Shown: in pieces, positions 24,647-32,000 of the stretch
How positions within the stretch are numbered: the first letter of the stretch is position 1
Layout: each line of letters opens with the position of its first letter
Source of the DNA: Citrobacter portucalensis
Lineage (GTDB): Bacteria > Pseudomonadota > Gammaproteobacteria > Enterobacterales > Enterobacteriaceae
Assembly (NCBI RefSeq): GCF_002042885.1
Contig: NZ_MVFY01000002.1
Coordinates: forward strand, 478,995 to 510,994
DNA length: 32,000 nt
Direction: 5' to 3'
Notes under the pieces: model-generated
Told to the model about the DNA's origin: nothing
The model's database searches: none
Seen by the model: the letters and a program-made list of their open reading frames with translations, nothing else
Translations under genes and position numbers: made by a program

Positions 24647-26813
24647 TTTTCCACTCCCGACCGTGAGTTGGGGCGGGTGCCCGGCTCGCATTTAATGCCT
24701 GCGCTTTCGGGGCATCCATAACCAGTTGGCCTTCTTTTAATACCACCACGCGTTCGACCAGCTCCAGAACCGGTACGCGATGGGTGGCGACAATCAATGT
24801 GCGGTTGCCCAGCCACTGGTTCAGGCGCTGAATAAACTCCCGCTCGGTATGTTCATCCAGCGAGGCGCTGGGTTCGTCGAGCAGCACGATATTGGGCGAT
24901 CGCAGCAGCATTCTTGCCAGCAGGATCGACTGCCGTTGTCCACCGGACAAACCGTTGCCGCCCTCCATAATGGGATGCGCCAGCCCTTTGGCGAGCTGTT
25001 TAACGAAAGCTGCCGCGCCGCTGACCTCCAGCGCTTCGAAGATCTGCGCGTCGCTGGCATGCGGTGCGCCGAGGGTCAGGTTCTCGCGCAGGGTGCCGAA
25101 AAACAGCCGCGCGTTCTGGCTAAGAAAACCGATGTTGCGGCGTAAATCAGCCATATCGATCTGCGCCAGACTCAGGTTGTCGAGCCGGACATCGCCCTGG
25201 ATAATCTCCACACCACCCGCCATGGCCTGCAGCAGGGTTGATTTCCCTGCACCGTTACGCCCGAGGATTGCCACGCGCTCGCCGGGCATGACCTCCAGGC
25301 GCGAGATGCGCAGCGGAACGCGCTGATCGTCGCTGTGGTAGCGAAAGTGTGCGTTCTCAAACAGATAATGGCCGTGAAAAATCTCCTGATGCACCCGGTC
25401 TTCGTCGTACTGCGTTTCGGTGGGAAGCTGCATGATGCTGTCTAACCCCATCTTCGCCGCCTTGACCTGTTGCCAGCGGGCCAGCACGCCGCACAGATTA
25501 GCCATTGGGGCAATCATTCTGGAACCGAGCATCGAAGCGGCCACCACGGCGCCGGTGGTCATCGTGCCTTCAATGACCATCGGCGCGCCGAACATAATGA
25601 TCGCGGCGTAGACCAGGCTTTGTACCGACATGCCCCAGCCAATCAGCCCCTGAGTCAGCCTGCGCGTGCGCAGCCCGGACTCTCCGGTAATGCGGATGTA
25701 GCTGTTCCACTGCTGTAAAAAGCGGTTTTCCGCCTGCATCAGCTTGATGTCTTCCAGCCCCTGAACGCTCTCGACCAGCACCGCGTTGCGCAGGGTGGAT
25801 TCATGGGCAGCCTGGTTGGCGAGCACCGCCAGCTTCTTCTGTAACAGCAAACCTGGCAGGATCATCAGCAGGGCCGCGACGGGCGCTATCCATGCCAGCG
25901 GCGGGGCGATAAAAGCCAGCACCACGATAAACAAAAAGAAAAACGGCAGATCGACAATGGTCGACATGGTCGAGGAGGTGATCATCTCGCGAACCTGTTC
26001 CAGCTCGCGCAGTTGAGAAATGAAGCTCCCCGTCGAGCGGGGGACGGCGCTGTTGCGCAGGCGCAATGCATGGCTGAACACGCGATCGGAAATGCGCATA
26101 TCGGCGCGTTTGCCGAGCAGGTCCATTATGTGGGTACGCGCTTCGCGCAGCAAAAAGCCAAACAGCACCGCCACCAGAACGCCAGTGGAGAGAACATACA
26201 GCGTTGGATAAGACTGGGCGGGGATCACCCGGTCATAAACCTGCATGGAAAAGATAATCCCGGCGAGCGACAGAACGTTAATCAGAAAGGCGGCAATCAT
26301 GACCGGCAGATAAGGACTAATGTCTTTTAACACCAGTTCGCGCATCCAGTCGGGCTTGAAGCGCGAAATATAGCGGTCTACCCGACTGTCCTTCAGCGCC
26401 GACAGCGGGCGCATCGCGGTAATACTCACGATCTCCGGCAGAAGCTCTGCGACCGTGAGCCGGTTACGCTGGCCCTCTTCGGCGATGATAAACACATCCA
26501 GTGCATCTTCGCCGTTGAAATGTTCTATCACCATTAGCTGGCCGTCGCGCAGTTCCGCCACCACCGGCAGACGCCACTGACCGAACACCTGCGTGGCGGT
26601 ATCCAGCGCATGAAATGACAGTCCCGCCTGACGCGCCAGTTGCGACAGGGCCGTTGCCCGGCTTTTTCCCGCAAACCACGGGGCGTTGGCCTGGATTGCG
26701 CCGGGAGAACAGGCCACGCGATAGTGATTGGCAATATGCGTCATCGCCTGCGCCCACTGGCTAAGAGCGTGTTCGCTAATCGCATCTTTTGCATGTGAAT
26801 CGAGGTCGCTCAT
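24627..26813 (-). CDS. bapC: Type I secretion ABC transporter (ATPase/permease with an N-terminal C39-like domain)
   Basis: 728 aa. Six-TM core, Walker A GRNGAGKST, signature LSGGQRQ, Walker B IVLLDEPSA. The start overlaps the OMP gene stop in ATGA (26810-26813). Confidence 0.85.
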   Translation of the reverse strand: MSDLDSHAKDAISEHALSQWAQAMTHIANHYRVACSPGAIQANAPWFAGKSRATALSQLARQAGLSFHALDTATQVFGQWRLPVVAELRDGQLMVIEHFNGEDALDVFIIAEEGQRNRLTVAELLPEIVSITAMRPLSALKDSRVDRYISRFKPDWMRELVLKDISPYLPVMIAAFLINVLSLAGIIFSMQVYDRVIPAQSYPTLYVLSTGVLVAVLFGFLLREARTHIMDLLGKRADMRISDRVFSHALRLRNSAVPRSTGSFISQLRELEQVREMITSSTMSTIVDLPFFFLFIVVLAFIAPPLAWIAPVAALLMILPGLLLQKKLAVLANQAAHESTLRNAVLVESVQGLEDIKLMQAENRFLQQWNSYIRITGESGLRTRRLTQGLIGWGMSVQSLVYAAIIMFGAPMVIEGTMTTGAVVAASMLGSRMIAPMANLCGVLARWQQVKAAKMGLDSIMQLPTETQYDEDRVHQEIFHGHYLFENAHFRYHSDDQRVPLRISRLEVMPGERVAILGRNGAGKSTLLQAMAGGVEIIQGDVRLDNLSLAQIDMADLRRNIGFLSQNARLFFGTLRENLTLGAPHASDAQIFEALEVSGAAAFVKQLAKGLAHPIMEGGNGLSGGQRQSILLARMLLRSPNIVLLDEPSASLDEHTEREFIQRLNQWLGNRTLIVATHRVPVLELVERVVVLKEGQLVMDAPKAQALNASRAPAPTHGREWKNENQSA

Positions 26814-28219
26814 AGCTTGATCTCCACCGATTGAATGCTGCGATTATTTAAGGCGAACGCCTGGCGAAGCGAGCCAGTGTTATAGAGGCAGTTCAGCTGG
26901 AGCTGGCGCAGCTGGTTTTGAGTCTGGAGTTCGGCAAAACGGGCCTGATACACCTCTTGCTCGGCGTTAAGCACGTCGAGCAGCGGGCGCGAACCGAGGT
27001 CCAGATACTGCTGTTGATAAAGCTCGCGCGTTTGTTCACTCAGTCGCTGCTGGCGGCGCAGAATCTGCAGGGCGGTGGCGAGGCTCATTGCCTGGCTGCG
27101 GGACTCCAGTAATTTTTGTCGTACTTCGAGTCGGGTGCGCTGGATGGAGTATTGTGCAGACTCTACCGCATGGCTGGCGGCGTTGTGCCTGGCGGTGAGT
27201 CCGCCCCCCTGATACAGCGGCATCTCAACTTTTACCCACGTTGAGTACTGGGTTTTGTCGAGCACCTCATGGCTGGGGTATTTGTCGTTGAGATAATGCT
27301 GCACCGACGGTTCCAAAGAGATGGTGGGCGTCATCTGCGCGTTGGCGTAATCGAGATTTGCCTGTGCCACATTTGCCTGCGCCCAGGCCGCCAGAACCGC
27401 GGGAACCAGTTTATCTTCCGGTTTGACCACATCGCAGCTGCTGTCCAGTTTGGCCGGGAATTCGTTGCTGATGCCGTTAAGTGAGTTCCAGCCGAGGTAA
27501 CTCATCAATGTGGCCTTACTGCTGTCGAGATTGGCCTGATACTGCGCCAGCTGAGAACGCGCAGACTCGATACGCGCATCGGTTTGCACCACGTCGGACA
27601 GCGAGGTTGCCCCTTCATCATTGCGTTGTCGGGTCAGTCGACCAATGTCGTTTAAGGCGGTGAGCTGTTCTTCGGCGGCGTCCACCATTTGCTGCCACGT
27701 CTGCACCTGGACTATCGCGTTGGCGGTTGCGTGGGCGATGGTATCAATACTGAGTAACACATTCGCCTGCTGTTGTGCGGCTCCGGCGGTCTCGGCGCGG
27801 ACCTGGCTTGCCACTTTGCCGAAGTCGTACAGCATTTGTGACACCGAAATAACCAGCGCCGGGCTAAAGCCGTGGTCGGTATAGGTATTGCTGTAACCGT
27901 TATTCATTCCGGCAGAAACCTGCGGGTAATATTTCGATTTCGCCACGTCGATCTGTTCGTTTTGCGAAAGCAGTTTGCCGATCGATTCACGAATAGAAGG
28001 ATGCCAGCTCACGGCACGACTTACCGCGTCGTTGAGCATCAGGTTGCCGGGGGCGGCAGCGCTCAGCGGCAGATCGGCAACCGCGCCGTCCAGCGAGGGA
28101 AGCATCTGGCTGGTGGCCAGTCCTTCCGGCGTAATAATTTGCGGTTCATCTTCGGCATTCACCCGCAGGGTACAGAGCGTTAATGCCAGAAGTAATGCAA
28201 CAGGCGCGACATTTCTCAT
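26810..28219 (-). CDS. bapB: TolC-family outer membrane channel of the type I secretion system
   Basis: 469 aa. Signal peptide MRNVAPVALLLALTLCTLRVNA, then two TolC-like repeat halves rich in coiled-coil sequence. Confidence 0.85.
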   Translation of the reverse strand: MRNVAPVALLLALTLCTLRVNAEDEPQIITPEGLATSQMLPSLDGAVADLPLSAAAPGNLMLNDAVSRAVSWHPSIRESIGKLLSQNEQIDVAKSKYYPQVSAGMNNGYSNTYTDHGFSPALVISVSQMLYDFGKVASQVRAETAGAAQQQANVLLSIDTIAHATANAIVQVQTWQQMVDAAEEQLTALNDIGRLTRQRNDEGATSLSDVVQTDARIESARSQLAQYQANLDSSKATLMSYLGWNSLNGISNEFPAKLDSSCDVVKPEDKLVPAVLAAWAQANVAQANLDYANAQMTPTISLEPSVQHYLNDKYPSHEVLDKTQYSTWVKVEMPLYQGGGLTARHNAASHAVESAQYSIQRTRLEVRQKLLESRSQAMSLATALQILRRQQRLSEQTRELYQQQYLDLGSRPLLDVLNAEQEVYQARFAELQTQNQLRQLQLNCLYNTGSLRQAFALNNRSIQSVEIKL

Positions 28220-28319
28220 AGTTTATCCCTTACAAAATACGGCAGCGACGACTGTTATTGCCCCGGACGTCATGGCATCCGGGGCTGTAGTTATGGCGCT
28301 TTAACGCATTGCGTTAACG

Positions 28320-31300
28320 TCAGGGCACGATGTGATTTTGTTGCACCAGCTCATCGAGCGTGGTGTGTACGTTCTCCAGCGTTATGAGATTGGTTGAGTG
28401 ATATGTGTTGCCCGTACCGTCGCGGTCGATGGCAATCACCGTGTTGTTACCGCTGGTGGTTACGGTGAGGTAGTTGCCGAGCGTAGCGTTCTGCCCGTTC
28501 CAGCCCACCAGCAGGTCGCCGATATCGATTTTGTCACCCTGGGCCAGTGAGAAGTTGGTCCAGGTGTCGGTAGCACCATTGCTAATGTTGCCGCCGGTAG
28601 CGTCGTTGGCGTTGAGCAGGTGATAAATCAGCGTATCGCCGTAGGCCGAACCGGTGATTACGTCATGCTGTGCGCTGCTTGCCATCTGCGGATTCATATT
28701 GATGGTCAGCGTTGCGGTGTCCGTATGCCCGTTTTGGTCGTTAAGCGTATAGGTAAAGGTCTCTTTACTGGTGAGCGATGCTACGGTTGTACCCGGTTTT
28801 AGCGTGTAGATGTATGAGCCATCCAGGTTCATAGTCAGTGAACCATAATGACCCTGAATTGTTGCGCTACTGGCGCTGCTGGCCGGATTAAGGGTGGCAG
28901 TACTGCCGTTAAAGCCAATGACGGTGAGCTGGGTATGGACGGTTGAGAGCTGATCGTGCGCACCTGCGGCATCACTACCATCAAAAATATTGCCATTCAC
29001 CGTGGTGGCGTTAACGTCATAGGTATTGAGGTGCCATGTCGTACCCGTGACGTTCGGTGTAATACTGACGTTGCCAACTGCCAGTCCTCCCATCGTTCCT
29101 GTGAAGCTGATGTTGTAATGGCCTGCGGCTAACTCAGCATTACCCAGTGAGACGGCAATTGAACTGCCTAACAGGCTGATTGAACTGGCGGGTACAGAGC
29201 CAGAAAGCGAGAATCCGTCAGGACCTGTTATTGTCCAGGTAATGCCCAGCGTACCGACGGTGATAAGCGTGCCGATATTGAAGTTGAGCGTGGCGCCTTT
29301 CAGAACGTCATTTGTCGCGATATCAAACGAACCTGTACCGGTTGCTTTGCTCCCCAGCGTCGGAATTGTCGCTGTTCCCAGCGCGCCGCTTCCGTACGCA
29401 GCAGAATCCTGAACGGTACTAACCGCCATCGTGCTGCTGACGTCATTTACTGCATCCAGCGCCTGTGGGGTTGGTTTGATATTCAGCGATGCACTGCCGG
29501 TATCGCCGTTTGGCGCTTTGATCTTATACACGAAACTGTCCGGCGTATTGATACCGTCTGCGCCCAGTCCGCTTCTCAGCGTGTAGGTGTAGTTCCCTTT
29601 CGCATCAATAGTCAGCGTGCCGTACTGCCCGTTAATGGTGGTTGTACCCGTTCCGTTTACGGTGACACCGTTAACTTCGGTGATAACGGTATTGGCCGGA
29701 GCCGAGTCGTTGACCAGCAGGTTTCCATTGGTTGTCGCACTCAGGCTGTCGACGGCGTAGGTGTGATCGGCCTGTATATTCAGGGTATAGCTGGTCAGCA
29801 GCGTCAGACCGCCGGAGGCGTTAAGCAGGAACAGATAGTCACCGCCAGGCAGGGTGATGGTGTAATCCGTTGAGCTACCTCCTAGCAGCGCCGTGACCCA
29901 GTTGGGCTTCACGCGGAACTGCTCATACTGCTGAATGGACTCGTTGAAGCGATAAACATAGAGGTCAAAACCGCCAACCGTGACGCCGAGAACGCTGGCC
30001 TTGACGGTCAACGTGCGGGTTGCGCCATCATCCACATTAAATTTGATCGGATTGGTTAAACCGTTAACCAGACTGACATCCAGCACATTGCCCAGTCCGA
30101 CGTTGGCGAGGGTGAAGCCGGTTTGCTGTGATGTGCCATGATCAACCGCGATGACCTGCGTCCCGTAAGTCAGCGCAGCCACATCGTCTGCCGCGGTTAC
30201 CGTACTGGTGGTGGGCGCCTGACCGAGCGTTACCACCAGTTTTGCCGAGGAGTGATCGCTGCCATGCGTCAGCGTGTAGGTGAAACTTTCGGAACGGCCA
30301 TACACCGAGATTGACGTATTGGTCAGGGTATAGGTGTAACTACCGTTCTGATTGATATGCAGGATGCCGTATTTCCCCTGCACATCAATGCCGCCCGCCG
30401 GGATGTTCACGACGTTGCCGTTACCGTCGGTGATGGCGGTGACCAGCGTGCCGGAAGGGGCATTATCCTGCCCGTTGGCGGGATCGGTATCGGTGATGAT
30501 ATTGCCAGACTCGGTAGTACCGCCGGTGATGGTTCCTGCGCTGGCTTTTACCACTGAGACATCAAGGCTGGTGTATGCCCCGGTCGCCAGCAGGTTGGTG
30601 TTGTAGCTGACCACGCGGTAATCACCGCCAGTCAGTCCGCTGTAATTGAGCGTTACGCCTGAGGCGCCCAGAGTGAGGAGGCTGGCAAAGTCTGGTTTCC
30701 CGGTATCCACCACCGTCACCCAGGCATTCAGCGCGGTGTCAAAGCGCTGGATGACGACTTCAAGTGTGTTTAACAGCGACAGCACCACGCCGGTCGCTGC
30801 GGCATTGATTGTAATGGATCCGCTGCCACCAGAAGCGATGCTGAAATTCACGCTTGCCGTATCGTTCCCCAGCACGTTGGCGACATTTCCCAGCGCATTG
30901 ACCAACAGGAAACCATAATCGCTTTGATGCTCGGTGCTGACGGTGACATCGGTTTGTAGCGGCAGGCTGGTGACATTGTCTTCAGCCAGCAGCGGCAATA
31001 CTGGTGCGAGAGCGCTTGTCGGCGATGAGGTATTTCCCGCAGCATCGGTCGCCGTGGCGGACAGCGACTGCCCTTCAATCTGGCGAACCGGCAGGTTGAC
31101 GCTGTAGACACCGCTGCTGTTGGCGATTGCCGTCACGCTGGTGCCGCCGGGCAGAGAAATGGTGACCGTGCTTCCCGCTTCGGCGACGCCGCTGACGGTA
31201 CCGCCATCGGCGCTGATCAGGAGCGTTGGCGCGGTCGGTGGCGTGGTGTCCACGATCACGCTGAACGAACCGGACAACCCACTTGCGCCGTTGGCGTTGG

Positions 31301-32000
31301 TTGCCGTGGCGGTAAACGCATGGTTACCTTCGCTGAGTGCACCGGATGGGGTAAAGCTCCAGATCCCGTTACCGTCTGCGGTCGTGAAGCCCATTAGCAC
31401 ACCGTTGTTGTACAGATTGATGACGGCGTTAGCCTGCGCCGTTCCGCTGAGCGTTGGCAGGGTGTCATTGGTGGTTTTACCGGGAGCGACGGGTCCCATG
31501 ATAGTGCCGACGTCATCGAGCACGCTGGCAATAACAGGCGCAGGCGGTACGCCGGTAAACGGTGCCAGCACGTTACCCGCCGTACCGATGTTGCCTGCGG
31601 CATCCTGTGCGCTGACCAGCAGAGTTTGCCCACTGATTTGCGGTGGGTTCAGAGTGAAGGTGAAATTACCGGAGGCGTTGGCGGTTGCCGTGCCGAGCAC
31701 CGTTCCGCCGCTGGAGGTAATAATGACCGTGCTGTTTGGCTCGGCAACGCCGGTGAGCGCGGTGCCGTTGGCGTTTACCGCCAGCCCGGCTGGAATACCC
31801 GGGGCAACGGTATCGACCACGATCGCTGCCGCAGACGATATGCCACTGGTATTACCCGCACTGTCCGTTGCAGTGATGGTAAACGAGTGGGTACCTTGTG
31901 CCAACACGGTAGTCGGGGTGTAGCTCCAGTTGCCGCTGCCGTCCGCCGTTACGCTGGTGACAAAGCTGCCGTTATCATAAATATCAACTCGCGCGTTGGC
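28320..32000 (-). CDS. bapA: C-terminal ~1226 codons of a giant BapA-like repeat adhesin secreted by T1SS (5' partial, continues beyond the window)
   Basis: I checked the frame codon by codon from 31908 to 32000 and found no stop, so the CDS runs off the window; the track start at 31907 is only an internal GVG codon. Ig-like repeats with VDTVAP/VDTTPP and DAAGN/DSAGN motifs. The C-terminal region (GDKIDIGDLL..., ...NTVIAIDRDGTG...) is typical of type I secretion substrates. Confidence 0.85.
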   Translation of the reverse strand, partial: ANARVDIYDNGSFVTSVTADGSGNWSYTPTTVLAQGTHSFTITATDSAGNTSGISSAAAIVVDTVAPGIPAGLAVNANGTALTGVAEPNSTVIITSSGGTVLGTATANASGNFTFTLNPPQISGQTLLVSAQDAAGNIGTAGNVLAPFTGVPPAPVIASVLDDVGTIMGPVAPGKTTNDTLPTLSGTAQANAVINLYNNGVLMGFTTADGNGIWSFTPSGALSEGNHAFTATATNANGASGLSGSFSVIVDTTPPTAPTLLISADGGTVSGVAEAGSTVTISLPGGTSVTAIANSSGVYSVNLPVRQIEGQSLSATATDAAGNTSSPTSALAPVLPLLAEDNVTSLPLQTDVTVSTEHQSDYGFLLVNALGNVANVLGNDTASVNFSIASGGSGSITINAAATGVVLSLLNTLEVVIQRFDTALNAWVTVVDTGKPDFASLLTLGASGVTLNYSGLTGGDYRVVSYNTNLLATGAYTSLDVSVVKASAGTITGGTTESGNIITDTDPANGQDNAPSGTLVTAITDGNGNVVNIPAGGIDVQGKYGILHINQNGSYTYTLTNTSISVYGRSESFTYTLTHGSDHSSAKLVVTLGQAPTTSTVTAADDVAALTYGTQVIAVDHGTSQQTGFTLANVGLGNVLDVSLVNGLTNPIKFNVDDGATRTLTVKASVLGVTVGGFDLYVYRFNESIQQYEQFRVKPNWVTALLGGSSTDYTITLPGGDYLFLLNASGGLTLLTSYTLNIQADHTYAVDSLSATTNGNLLVNDSAPANTVITEVNGVTVNGTGTTTINGQYGTLTIDAKGNYTYTLRSGLGADGINTPDSFVYKIKAPNGDTGSASLNIKPTPQALDAVNDVSSTMAVSTVQDSAAYGSGALGTATIPTLGSKATGTGSFDIATNDVLKGATLNFNIGTLITVGTLGITWTITGPDGFSLSGSVPASSISLLGSSIAVSLGNAELAAGHYNISFTGTMGGLAVGNVSITPNVTGTTWHLNTYDVNATTVNGNIFDGSDAAGAHDQLSTVHTQLTVIGFNGSTATLNPASSASSATIQGHYGSLTMNLDGSYIYTLKPGTTVASLTSKETFTYTLNDQNGHTDTATLTINMNPQMASSAQHDVITGSAYGDTLIYHLLNANDATGGNISNGATDTWTNFSLAQGDKIDIGDLLVGWNGQNATLGNYLTVTTSGNNTVIAIDRDGTGNTYHSTNLITLENVHTTLDELVQQNHIVP

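Noticed and set aside
28261-28284. Hairpin CCCCGGA-10 nt-TCCGGGG between the adhesin gene and the OMP gene as a terminator
   Set aside because: There is no U-tract on the transcribed (minus) strand, and the downstream T1SS genes need readthrough or their own promoter. At most it is an attenuating or stability structure.
31120-31923. 267-aa plus-strand ORF inside the BapA-like gene (similar case at 9543-10031 inside the invasin-like gene)
   Set aside because: It is antisense to repeat-rich adhesin genes. The Ala/Val/Pro/Thr-rich translation mirrors the Ig-repeat codons, and there is no independent start context.

Overview
Enterobacterial (Salmonella-like) chromosome segment centred on ssrA (tmRNA, minus strand, 23020-23383). 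Left side: a plus-strand inositol-type transport and catabolism operon (sugar ABC transporter, Gfo/Idh/MocA oxidoreductase, iolC-iolE-iolB), then a 1180-aa intimin/invasin-family inverse autotransporter on the minus strand. Right side: the 3' part of a giant BapA-like repeat adhesin with its type I secretion genes (OMP, ABC, MFP), ending just upstream of ssrA. Abutting the 3' end of ssrA is an ~11.2-kb P4-like satellite prophage (about 11838-23041). Its core looks complete: P4-family integrase, sid-delta-psu, a cos-like 19-mer, ori and crr iteron arrays, alpha primase-helicase, an AlpA/orf88-like gene and a P4-style RNA immunity region. The psu-int variable slot carries a strongly AT-rich two-gene cassette: a 542-aa Abi/UG-like reverse transcriptase (YVDD) translationally coupled to a 245-aa RecB/Cas4-like PD-(D/E)xK nuclease. 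This cassette is the best candidate here for an uncharacterised anti-phage system. A second AT-rich cargo gene (166 aa, D..QxK nuclease-like core) sits at the opposite end, between crr and the att remnant. All calls come from reading translations, motifs and repeats by eye; no database search or folding program was run. Coordinates of non-ORF features may be off by 1-2 nt.
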